From Rhizophagus irregularis (Eukaryota), in contig NC_089433.1 of NCBI RefSeq assembly GCF_026210795.1, forward strand, positions 5,394,001 through 5,458,000: 64,000 bases of DNA, written 5' to 3'. The notes below the pieces were generated by a model. It was not told the DNA's origin, did not search any database, and saw nothing but the letters and a program-made list of their open reading frames with translations. The translations under genes and the position numbers were made by a program. Shown in pieces: positions 12,201 through 24,672 of the stretch (positions are counted from its first letter, which is position 1; each line of letters opens with the position of its first letter).

Positions 12201-14246
12201 GAATTAGCAATTTCGAAAGAATCAGAAGTCGCAAACAAAAAAATGATTGCTGAACTTGAATCCGAATTAAGTAAATCTGAATCTATAATAACCTCTTTAC
12301 AATCTAATATTGAGATATCGAACTCCAATGAAAATGAAATAAATGAAACACTTGTTAAACTACGAAAGGAATTATCGGATACTAAATCAGAAATGGAATC
12401 ACAAAATGAATTATTAACAGAACTTGGAAATCAATTGACAACAACCGAAAAAGAACGTGAACAATATTCCGAACGTATTAATGAATTGTCAAGAATTATA
12501 GAAGAAAGAGAAAATCAATTGACAACAACTGAAAATGAACTTAATCAGTATTCTGAACGTATCAATGAACTATCAAGAATAATTGAAGCAAGAGAAAATC
12601 AATTGACAACAACCGAAAAAGAACGTGAACAATATTCCGAACGTATTAATGAACTATCAAGAATGATTGAAGAACGTGAAAATCAATTGACAACAACCGA
12701 AAAAGAACGTGATCAGTATTCCGAACGTATTAATGAACTATCAAGAATGATTGAAGAACGTGAAAATCAATTGACAACAACCGAAAAAGAACGTGATCAA
12801 TATTCTGAACGTGTTAACGATCAATCAAGAATGATGGATCAACAAAAGGAAGAAGTAGAAGCTTTTGAATTAACAATAACGAACTTGGAGAATGAACTCA
12901 AAGATACGAAGACTGCATCCCAAACTTATCAGGATAAAATGAAATCATTGGGAGAAAAACTTTCTGATTTAGAATCTCAACTTGATGAAGCAAAAGCTTC
13001 AAATGAAGAACATGTTCGAATGATCAATAACCTTGATTCTACATTAAAAGAATCTAACATTCATCTCAGTGAGAAAGAGGAATTGATATCTACCAAAGAC
13101 TCCCATATTAAAGAATTGGAAGCAACAATTAAAAAGATTAATGAGAAATTAGCTGATGCTGAATTGTCTAGAACTTCTGAATCTGAACATGTAAAATCAC
13201 TTCGAGACAAAATTGCGGAAATTGAAGCTAAATTAGAACAAAGCCCATCACCTGAAGATCTTGAATCAGCGCAACAACTTGCAGATAAACAAACTGAGCT
13301 CGTTAAAGAATTGGAAAGGAAGATTGATGAAATTAATAAAACTAATTCATCAGACATTGCTAATATGAATGAAAATATTGACATTTTAACCAAGGAATTA
13401 AATGAGATGAAATCCGCCGAAGAAGCGCAAAATTCTTTGATTCATGAATTAGAGTCTGAACTAAAAGAAAAAGAAGACAAGACGCTTGAATTAAAAGAAA
13501 TGTTAGATAAGGCCAACGCCCAACTTATCGAAAAGAATGAACATTTAAATGTCAAAGTTAATCTTGAACGACAAGTACAAAATTTACAAGAACAACTTAC
13601 TTCTATGGCCAAGGAATTAACGGACATTACTACAAAATATGAAGACGGCGAAGCTTTATCAAATGAATACAAAGTACAGATATCGAAATTAGAAAAAGCT
13701 CTTGAAGAAGCCAAAAAATTATCAAGTGATAAACAAAAAACTGATGAAACATTAGAAACTTCTGAATCCGAATTCAAGATTCCACTGAAGGATAATACAG
13801 CACAAGATAATCTTATTAAATCACTTCATGAAAAGATTATTGAACTAGAGAGCGCAGGAAAATCAAATTCCGATATAACTAAATATGAAATTGAAATTAA
13901 AGAATTAAACGAAAAAGTTTTCAAATTAGAGGAAATGGTTGCAGAAAAATCTAAATTAATAGAAAGTTTAAAGGAAAGTGGGACAGAAATAAAAGAATCA
14001 AGACAAAAATTAGAAGTATTACAAAAGGAAAAGAACGATCTTGTAAATGAAATTGAAACATTGAAAGTTAAAGCTGACCGATATGAACAATATAGAATTG
14101 AAGTAGAAGAAGAGAAAAAAGAAATTAATAGTATTTTAACAAAAGAAAGAGATGCCAGACATAAAGCTGAAGTTCAATTAACCAATCTTGAAAATCATAT
14201 TGAAGAACTTCAAGGTGCAAAGAGGAGTAAATTTATGTGTTTTTAA
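7915..14246 (+). CDS. Kinesin-4 family (KIF4/KIF21/KIF27-like) motor with a long coiled-coil tail; exons 7915-7948, 8115-8327, 8422-8764, 8831-9116, 9210-14246
   Basis: Motifs VQVAVRIKP, P-loop [13 protein letters not shown], switch I NAKSSRSH, switch [34 protein letters not shown] and [16 protein letters not shown] introns restore the frame. A heptad-rich tail of well over 1000 aa follows. Confidence 0.95.
9700..10020 (+). repeat. Coding tandem repeat SGIP(T/G)GRSTPT within kinesin
   Basis: About 8 imperfect repeats in the translated ORF. Confidence 0.9.
12428..12835 (+). repeat. Coding 84-bp (28-aa) tandem repeat within the kinesin coiled coil
   Basis: About 5 copies of [28 protein letters not shown]. 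Confidence 0.92.
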
Positions 14247-14614
14247 ATTATTTATTGTATAGATATTTTTTTAAACCTGTATAGAATTATAAATTTTTAA
14301 AATTAAATAATTAAATAAAAGTAATCATTAACTTTAAACGTAACGAGATACCTAATACTGATAACTTGAATAAAATATTTTACACTTGTTTTATTTTTTG
14401 CGCTATTCAATTATTCATTTATCACGCTAATAGTAAATAAATACTGTACATAACGTACTATTATTAATCTAAAAACAGAAAAAAAAGTATATTTTTTTTT
14501 ATTATAATTAATATTTTTTCAACATTAACTATCTAACTTATAGTGAAAAAATTACATTATGTTCCATTTACTGTATATACATATTTACTGTATCTCATAT
14601 ATACACTTTCCAAG

Positions 14615-16670
14615 TTACCCTTCCGCACCACCAGTTTCTGCAATTCCTTCAACTTTAGTTTTGTTTAAATTTCTACTCCAAGGATTACAATCAAGGATGG
14701 GTGGATGTTCATCATGAAGATTTGGAAGATAGAAGAATGCTATGGCTATCAATACATACGATACCTAAAAGGTATTTATTTACATATTAATTACTAAGAT
14801 TTTACGAAAAAAAAAAACAAATGATTATAAAATTTGTATTGATAATACTTACAATTAGCATATAACCTTCTAACCAATGTACTTTATTGTCCTATTAATA
14901 AAATGAATAATTAATAAATTTTTTTTTTAAAAAAAAAATGTTTATAGAATGAAAAATTATTATACATACAGCGACCAGATAATTTACAATCAATATAGCA
15001 CAACCCAATACAGATATTTCCAATATATTAAAATCCAATGTTAATGGTTTACCATAAATCCATCCAACCGATACCAATATTGGTGCGATTAATAATGCCA
15101 TTTGCTTTTGAAAATATAAATAGCGTGAATATATAATTTAGAAATCTGTTTTTCAAAAGATTTGAAAAAAAAAAATTTACTCACCACAGACGTATTAAGA
15201 ATAACGCTGATAGCTGTATCTACTTTATCTCTAGCTGCTTCCGCGATAGCTTGATAATGTTCAATAAAACTCGATACAACTAATAAAAAAAATTAAATAT
15301 ATAAGATTAAAATATTTTTAAGAAAATTTTAAAATTTGCGTATTTACACGTACCACAAAGAGGTAGAAGGACTATCCCAATGAATCCAGTACCAAGTTCA
15401 AATTTATCTCCTAATTCTTCAATACTTGAAACCAAAGTTCTTGCACATATTGTAATTCCGGCTACCGATCCTGCAATCCTTTTTTTTTTAAAAAAAAAAG
15501 TGAGATCCGAATTGCAATTTTTTTTTTAAAAAAAATAAACAAATTATTATTTACACTTACAAGATTATATCAAATAACCAATTATAAATTTTATGGTGAT
15601 CAAATTCTTTAACGTCTACTATCTAAAAAATAGGTCCTATCTTAAATTAAATATTTTTATGTTTTTAAAATCATTTTTTTTTCACTTACCTCATGAGCAT
15701 GAGTTTTCAATTGAAAAACTAATAGTCCTATAAAAACCAACATAAGTATAATAGCTGTAGCATGACTAATGTTTTGTAAATTACAGTCAACTAAACGATG
15801 ATCTGTTGTATCAACAGGTACTGCAGCTATTTTAAACGCTGCCGGAATCATTAATGCAAGAAAGGCTAAAGCTAAAATGGAAGATGATGTGTCGACGAAT
15901 GTTCCAATTTCGAATTCAGTATGAAGAGCGGGTTTACCATCTCTACGACGAGCCGTAGGCCAAGAGCCCACAACGAAAGTTATACCTAGGACCTAACAAA
16001 TAATGAATAATTATTGAAAAGAACGAGTAAAAAACGACAAGTAACTAGCATTATTTTATCTTTTTCTAATATACCAGAGTAATATTACAGAGAATTGATC
16101 CTAATACAGCTGATCGTACAATCGCATATCGACCATCCATTAACGCATATGATTCAATAACAAGTTCAACAAAGTTTCCTGATAATGCATGAAGGACCGC
16201 TTGATATTTCTATTTTAACATTTTCGTTATATTAAATCAATTAAATCAATTTTTAAATTTCTTATTTTTAAAATTTACCGGTCCTAAGAATGCGGATAAA
16301 TCTTCCACACCAATTGTCATTATATTAGACAAAGGAATTATGGCCAAAAAATTGAAGATAAAATTGAGATAAAACACATCATGGAAACGTTCTTCGAGAT
16401 GCATTCGCGGTAGAACTATCGCCGGAATCAAGAAAATAAGCAAAAAGTTGGTCATTTTCCCTTTCTTTAATATGTTCCAAGTGAATTCTCTCCATGATTT
16501 TGGATGCAATAAATGACGTTTCTTGAACACTGTATGTTTGCGTTCTAAGGGTTGTTCAATTTCTATCTACATTTATAAATACATAAGCATTATTATAACC
16601 GCAGCACAAAATTAACTCGATAAACAAATAAAATTCATACATCATCATCATGACCGTTTCTATCGCTCAT
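14615..16670 (-). CDS. VCX1: Ca2+/H+ exchanger (CAX/VCX1 family), multi-exon
   Basis: Motifs FNFLAIIPLS, alpha-1 ALSGNFVEL, GSILCNITL, FQLKTHAHE, FIGIVLLP, QMALLIAPILV and HWLEGYML. ATG at 16670 and TAA at 14615-14617, with GT-AG introns. The symbol is a family-level call only. Confidence 0.88.
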
Positions 16671-17427
16671 TTTTTAAATTATTATTAACAAATAAAATAA
16701 ATAAAAATATCTTTTCACTTAAATACCAGAAATAAAAAGAAAAGAAAATTTTATTTTATGTTTTACACTTTTCTCGATTCTATTCGTTTTATTTATACTC
16801 ATTGTCAATCTGTGGGATGAGCCTCCATTAAGCAGACTGTAAATGGCTTGTTGATGCTGATGATGCATCAAATTCACGGGTATCTTTGATTAAAATTCAA
16901 GATTTCGGGAATGTTGTAACCGGGTATTTGAACTTTTTGGTTAGCCCGGAAATTTAGAAAACGCCGAGGCTTTTTATAATTACTATTTTAGGAATAATCG
17001 ACCAGCTTGCGTAATTTTAATCAAGGTTTTAGAAATTGAAATAGTTCGATTTTTTTTCCTAAACGATCTTCTCAAACTCCTTTTTTTCAACATACATCCA
17101 ACATACATCAGGTTATCTTATTTTGTTTTAATAACAATTTTGTGATAATCAACAAAGAAAAGCCATTATCTTTTTTTTAGAAAAGTATTCTTGTTTATGG
17201 TTATTTATATTATGGGAAAATTTTTTCATACTAAGCCTTTTTAACCATTTCAACAAAGTTCAACCTATAAAAACAAAATCGTATTCATTTATATACATTA
17301 TCCAATACAATTTATGTAATAATAAATATTTTACTATATATAAATAAATGGTTTACTTCAGTTTAAATATTAATGCGAATAATTTATATTATATAATTAA
17401 ACACAAAAAATGTATTTTTAGAAAATA

Positions 17428-20262
17428 ATGACTCGTAAAAAGTTTCATCACCGATCAAGCCATTATCAACAAAGTAGATTAAACAATCGAAGAACTAATA
17501 ATATAACGCGTCCTCAGTCTCAATCTAGTTCAATCGATTCTTCTAGTTCTTTATCAGTAGCTATATCTGATGAAACTCCAAAAGAAATTCCCGGATATTA
17601 TTATGATCATGAAAAAAATAGATATTTTAAGATAATGCCAAATAAGGCAGTCGGGTCAAGTAATCCTTTTAGTGCCGATTCGATTACGAAAAGAGTCGAG
17701 GAGGTAAAATCATATTTAATTTATTTAATTACAATTAATTATTAAGAAACAATTATTTATATTGCGTCTTTTTTATTTAAAGAAAGCAAGAGAACTTGTA
17801 ATACCTAACCAAATTCCCAATGGAATATCGCTTCTTTTAGATCGAGAAATAAATTTTAACAAGCCTATTTATACATTCAAAAGGTAAGGATCGATTAAAG
17901 ATAAAATCTTGTGAATCCTTCTTATTCATAATAAGATGTTGATCTTTTTTTAGTGAAAACCGACAAATTTTAATAAAATCATTACGCCAAGTTGGTTCAA
18001 TTATACCAACCGCGATAGAACGTACACCTATAAAAGATTTTCAGGTATACGAATAATTACTTGTTGTATGAAAAAAGCGATATTAGAGGCGAGATTTAGT
18101 GAGAGATGATAAACCGATAATTGATTGGGAAAGGGAAACATAAACGCCGACGCTACGTCCTGTTTTATATTTATAAGATCTTTTAATGATTTATTATTAA
18201 TTAATTTAAAGATTCATCCATATTTTAACAAGATATTATATGGTGATTCATTTGGCAACATAAGGTTCGTAAACATGTGTGCACTTCATGATTGTCTTTG
18301 GACAATGATTTATTTTGTTTTTTTTTTTGCAGTTATCCTCGAATTTATTTATATTGCAAAAGTTTAATCTGATTATAATAATTATATTTTAAATAGCCAA
18401 ATGAAGATTAAATGTACTTCCAGTTCGTGTATGGAGATTTATAATGATCAAATGGCTAAATTAACCTCGGAGGTATTGTAAATTAACTTTTATATATTTT
18501 TAAGAATAATGTTAAGTAATGATGAATAGTCTTAAATGACTCATCGCATGATCAAAGATAATATTCTGTAAGGACTTGAAAAAATCATTAATGAAGAAAT
18601 TAATCCAATAATTGTTTTATAGATATCATCGGTGCGCTTGGATCGTACTGATCTATTAATGTAATATTATGCAATTTCATTTGGTTAATTATGATGAAAT
18701 AAAAAAAGAAAGAAAATAAAAAGGAAAGAAATTAAAGAAATTAGAATTTTTTAAAATTACTTACGTAATAATTTTCCCCCTTGAAAAAATTATGTAGGGC
18801 TACTACACTGGGTGATACGGTTGCCTCGGGTAATATGTATATATTAAAATTACCTTCGGGACCTTATCGTGACACGGGTAGGTCCTTTCCTCACTCAATA
18901 TTTACATGATGGATAATCAGGGATGGGGAAGACTCGCTCGGTTCCGAACCGATAATATTGAAAACCGAGTTGAGCAGAGTCAAATCGAAAACCGAGTATT
19001 ATGTATCAAAATTTATCAAAATCGATTTGGAACGATGTACCAAACCGAATGGAACGAACCGACTCAAATCGCTCAACCCGAACTTTTTCCACCCCTATCA
19101 GGATAATTAAATACCTCTAATCACTAATTACTCAATTACTCTTTATAAATATCCTCATAAGCACTAGATGTAAGATATACATATCGGAGTGGTTCAACAA
19201 TTTGGACTAGTTCGTTTTCCGAAATAGATTCTTCGATAGCATTAGGTGAATATATAATTAATCATTTTGATTATAAAAGAATTAAGAATGTTAAAATTTT
19301 TTTTTTTCCAAAAAATATACTAGGGTCATCACGAAAATTATCTGTTATTCAAGGATGGGAAGAGTATCCTTGTGTTAATAACTTTAAGACAAACAGTGAT
19401 GTTTTCGCGTTGGATTTTGATCGATATCAGGCAAGCGGACAAGCTTTTTATAATTGATAATAAGATAATAAGATAATTTTGGCCAGATTTACGTAATTAT
19501 TTATAATTTAAAAGATACCAAACTAATTTTTCAATTTCCTATAAAGCCCGACATAGTTTTTGCAGGTTGTAGAGACGGGAAGTTACGTATATATGATATT
19601 CGTTCTGATTGTTCCAATTCACATTATGGAATTGGTCCACCGATAAGTCAACAATCTCCAATTTGTCATATAAGACAGATTGGTGCATGGTATATTTTAT
19701 CAGATGGAATGGATGGATCCGTACGTATTTATTTTATTTATTGAAATTGATATTTGAAAATTTAAAATTTTATTATTTATATGACATATACAATACTTTA
19801 TATATAAATATATTTTAACGTAGCTTTCTTTATGGGATGTTCGAAATGAAAGAAGGAATTTTGATAAAACTTATGTTTACGAACCGGTTTTAGAATTTAA
19901 AGGAAATGTTAATTCAACCAATATTCAATATGGATTCGATGTTAATTTAAAAGAAGACATTGTAGCAATAGGTACATCTTTTTCTAAGCGCGTTGAATTA
20001 TTTTTGTCATCTTAATTAAATCTTATTTATTTATTTATTAAAAATAGCTGGCCAGGATAATAAAGTTAGATTTTTTTCCATAAATACCGGAAGAGCTATA
20101 AGATATCCAATTGGACCATTTAAAGATAAAGTATCTGCGTTAAGATTTTGTACATGGGATTCGGTAGGATTAAATCCTGAATTGGATGAAAGAGGCGAAG
20201 GTATTTGGATGGCCGCTGGAAAGGAATTTATATGGTGGAGTATTGGAAATAATGATATGTAG
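17428..20262 (+). CDS. DCAF4: DDB1/CUL4-associated factor 4 (WDR21)-like WD40 protein, multi-exon
   Basis: The N-terminal EIPGYYYDHEKNRYFKI motif is typical of DCAF4/WDR21. WD-type exons follow (SDVFALDF, VFAGCRDGKLRIYDIR, LSLWDVR, AGQDNKVRFFS). Stop TAG at 20260-20262. Confidence 0.8.
18918..19097. mobile_element. Degenerate hAT-like MITE inside a DCAF4 intron
   Basis: Ends CAGGGATGGGGAAGACTCG / CGAACTTTTTCCACCCCTA, internal AACCGA repeats, and GGATAAT near both flanks (imperfect TSD). Confidence 0.55.
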
Positions 20263-20294
20263 AAACTGAAGTTTGATTGGATTTTACTTTAACC

Positions 20295-20420
20295 ACCGAG
20301 TTTTTTAACGAGTTTGATCACCGAATTTTGATCGAGTTTGACCGAGTTTGATCGAGTTTGGGTTTGACCGAGTTTGACCGGGTTTGACCGGGTTTGACCG
20401 AGTTTGGCCGAGTTTGGCGA
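20295..20420. repeat. 10-bp tandem repeat (GACCGAGTTT)n
   Basis: About 10 imperfect copies. Confidence 0.85.
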
Positions 20421-20554
20421 GCTTAGAATTTCCTGAATCATCATAAATTATGAAATCATGAAATTTCGGGAAATAAACTAGTTATTGTTTATGAGGAGAT
20501 ATTTTAATTGCTCAATTGCCGCATATTATTGATTCGCAAGGTCATGTTATTTTA

Positions 20555-20660
20555 AATCTAAAACTAATCTAAAAACTAATCTAAAAATTAATCTAAAAAT
20601 TAATCTAAAAATTAATCTAAAAAATTAATCTAAAAAAATTAATCAAATTAATCTAAAAAT
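20555..20660. repeat. ~12-bp tandem repeat (AATTAATCTAAA)n
   Basis: About 8 copies. Confidence 0.85.
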
Positions 20661-21829
20661 TATTTATAGATATTTGTTACCCGGAATTACACAAAAAAAA
20701 AATGTATTATAGATAAAAAAAAGAGAAATAAAGAGACCAAAAAAGAATTCATTTAATTGATTTTGTATTTTCAACGTACATTTGAATCAAAAAATTTTAG
20801 TTTTAGTTCATCAAATATAAAGTTTACCGTAATATACAATAATATACAGTTATAGGTAATATTAATGCTATAATAATAATATAAACAGTAAAGTTAATAT
20901 TCATTCAGGGTAATCAAAATTGTAAAAGTATAAATATCAAAAAAAAAAAAAAGAAAAAAAGTTCTTGATAATTCCATATGCAATTAGAAATCAGATGATA
21001 TTAAAAATCCGCATTAGAATGTTTCACTACTTTTTGCGACATCACTAAAAATATAATTATGACACCATCTCAAGTTTCATGTTCGCGGAGATGAGAACTT
21101 TTTACGTTCTTTATGCAGACAAAGATAGTCAGATAGATGAAATGGCATGGTAGATCATATATTAAATTAAAAATTTTCCTGTTCACAATGTTCGTTTAAT
21201 GTGTATGTAATAAAATGTAGTGCATGTAAGTCAGTGTGTACCTAACATGTATTCAATCGTTAACTTTTTTGAACAAAGCCATCGTTAACTAATTTGAACA
21301 AAGCCTTTTTTTTATTACTTTTTAGAATTTCATTTTAAAATTTTTTTTGTGGAAGAATTACAGTATTTTTTTTTTTTTACCGTGAATTAATTGTGAAATA
21401 CCTGTGAAATACAACAATTGAAAATATTTGTAAAAATTAATAAATTAATTAATATATTGAATGAATATATTGTAAAAAAAAAAATTATAGTTTTTTTTAC
21501 TCCTTTTTTTTTACTGCGCATAATAACAAAAAAAGATTAAGCGTTAAAATTTTTAGATTAATCACCTCATTTCTTATTTTAAACAACATACAAACATTAT
21601 ATTTTTTATTTCCATTTTAAAATCAATTCATGAGTAAGAGGCCCTTATCCGTTACAGGAATATGAATAAATCGTAAGGTTGAGAGAGACACTTAATTTGG
21701 ATTAGAATTAATAGGCATACCAAATTAGGATTTATTTAAAAAAAATGTAGGCGTCTTATTATGATTAGTAGGAAATGTAAGGAAATGTAAGGGAAAATTA
21801 GAATTATAGAATTTATGGAATTTATGGAA

Positions 21830-22080
21830 CCATTACATTTAGGGACTTTTTTGCTGGGATTACATTTGGGACTTTTTGCTGGGATTACATTTGGGACTTT
21901 TTGCTGGGATTATATTTGGGACTTTTGCTGGGATTACATTCGGACTTTTACTAGGATTATAATAATTTACATTTGGATTTTTGCTTGGATTACAATTTGG
22001 GACTTTTACTTACTGGGTTACATTTGAACTTAATGGGTTACATTCGAAATTATAATAATTTACATTTGGAAACTTTAACT
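21830..22080. repeat. ~25-bp minisatellite (GGGATTACATTTGGGACTTTTTGCT)n
   Basis: Five good copies, then decaying copies. This explains the ORFs at 21815 and 21973. Confidence 0.85.
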
Positions 22081-24540
22081 GGGGACTACCTTTACTGGGA
22101 TTCATATTCTGGAATCATAAATCATAATAATCTACAATCATGTAGTCATATTGTCAAGGGTGGATTCAAAGGTGGAACCTTACATCCTTACATTTAACAA
22201 AATTTAGAAATCATTAAAGAAAATCAATGAGAATCAATCAAAAAAAGAATTAATTAAAGGTGACACGATTTTTTAGCTTCAAAGGTTTTATAAAGATTAT
22301 TTAGGAAAACAAGAAGTTTTGATTAATAATAAATACAATTTAAAAAAGAATATTCTTATATTGGATTGAATGTATTGATATATGGGTTAATTGAGTTTTG
22401 AAAATCATCAAAGAAAAAATCACAAATATAGTAATTGAAAAAAAAAAACAATATCACGATTCACGAATTTAGTAATTGATCCCAAAAAATTAAAAAAGAC
22501 AAAGGACAAAAAAAAAAAATGACAAAGGACAAAAAAGACAAAGGAAAAGACAAAAAAACAAAAACAAAAAAAGAACAAAAAAAAAAAAAACGAGAAAAAA
22601 TTAAAATTAAAATTAAAAATAAATAAAATTAAAAATAAATAAAAATAAAAAAAAAACTAAAAAACTAAAAAAAGAAGGTAGAAATTGAATTTTTTTCCTA
22701 AATCAGCTTTCAACATTCAACATTTACCCGATATAATGTTATAATGATATAATGATATAATATTTCTAGATTTTTTAATATAACACAACATAAACAATTA
22801 TTAAAATTCTGGATCAAAGCTCTTTTACATTCATTATTTCATTTATGTAATTTATGTAAGGGAAAAAGCATGTAAAGTAAAAGTACGTACTGTAAAAAAA
22901 AAAAAGTGTTAATAACTATAAAAAAGTAAAAAGTAATATAAAGCATGTAAAGGTGTGATAAGTATGTACTATAATAAATATAAGAGAGATATATATAAAA
23001 TATATATATAAAATATTTTTTTTTTTAATGCATCCTAAAAATAAACTTTTTGATTCGTCAAGAGATTTTACCTTCTAAATTTTTTTTTAAAAAAAAAGTT
23101 AAAAAAAAAAAGTTAAAAAAAAGTTAAAAAAAATTCATTTTAATAAATTTAATAAAACTTTATTTTATTAGGAATTGCTTATTAAATTGAATTTCTAATT
23201 ATTTCTATTCCTTTTCTTTTTCTTTTTCTTTTCTTTTTAAATAATACCCAACCCGAGGATCCGGGTGATAAAAAAAATCGGGTAACTATCTCGGTTGGGG
23301 ATAACTAATTAACTTTGATAACAAAAACTAAACATCAATAACAACATGGATAACTAAAACTAACTTGGATAACTAACATGGATAACTAACTAACTTATTT
23401 AATTTAATTTTTTTTTTTTTTTTAATTTATTCTTTTTCGATTTTATTTGATTTATTCGTTTTTAATTATAATTATTATTTATTATAATAATCATTATTAT
23501 TTAATTTATTCTTTTTTTTTTTTTTAATTTATTCTTTTTCGATTTATTTTGTTAATTTATTATTAAAAATTTTTTTAGGGAGAAGACAATCGCGTTTAAA
23601 ATAAATGTACTGTATTAAGTTTAGATCATTATGCTTAGAACTCATGCATTTGCATGAAAAAAAAAAAAAAAAAATTTCGTAGTATTATAATAAAAAAAAA
23701 ATAAATAAATAATAAATGGTTATAATTGGTTCGCTTTATACATGCATTAAAAAAAAAATAAATAAATAATCAAAAAGAACAATTAACTTCTTAAAGAATA
23801 GATTCTTTTTTTGGTTTTCCGTCAAAAAAAAAAATAAAAAGAAAAAGAAAAAAGCGAATTTTTTTTTGTGTTAAAATGAATTATTATTAAATGGATTATT
23901 ATTAAATGAATTATTATTATTAAAAAAAAAAAACTTTAAATTTTTTAAAGGATGGACAATGATTCAAAAAAAGTTAAATAATTAGGAAATGATTCGAATA
24001 AAGATAAGATAAAAAAAAAAAGGTTGATTTAATATGGATATATGGATGGTTACCATTCATTCTTAATGATCTACAAAAACAGAAAATTTTTCGGAAAATT
24101 GCAGGAAAAAAAAGAAAATTTGTCGAAAAATGTTAATAAGAATAAACTGATAGATTAAAAATAACGGATGATAATTAAAAATGTATAATATAAAAAAAAA
24201 AATAATAAATATTTTCGTACTACATTCAATAGGAGTTAGAAAGAAGAGATTTTAAGGGGTAGGAAAAAAATAAATTATTTTTATTATTTTTTCATGTATT
24301 GTGTGGTGTATCACAAACGAATAAAGTTAGAAGTTTTTTTAAAATCCATTTTTTCTAAATAAAACGTTAAAGGAATAAAAACTCCAAAAGAGGAAATAAT
24401 AAATTAAAATTTTTAATGAACGTATGATAATACAATTCTAAAAATAATTAAAAATATTTGAAAAAGATTTCATTCATAAAGAATCTATGGAATCAATGAA
24501 ATCCATGGAATCTTGCTATGGAAACTTTTGAAATCATAAG

Positions 24541-24672
24541 ATAATAATACGTCGAATAATACGCCGAATAATACGTCGAATAATACGTCGAATACGTCGA
24601 ATGTACAGTAAGAATGTACAGTAAGAATGTACCTCACGTCGAATTGTACCTTACTTCGAATTGTACCTTACT
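24541..24672. repeat. Short tandem repeats (AATAATACGTCG)n and (GAATGTACAGTAA)n
   Basis: Adjacent 12-18 bp tandem units. Confidence 0.75.

Noticed and set aside
9692..13777. Antisense and alternative-frame ORFs over the kinesin
   Set aside because: These are shadows of the repetitive, biased coding strand.
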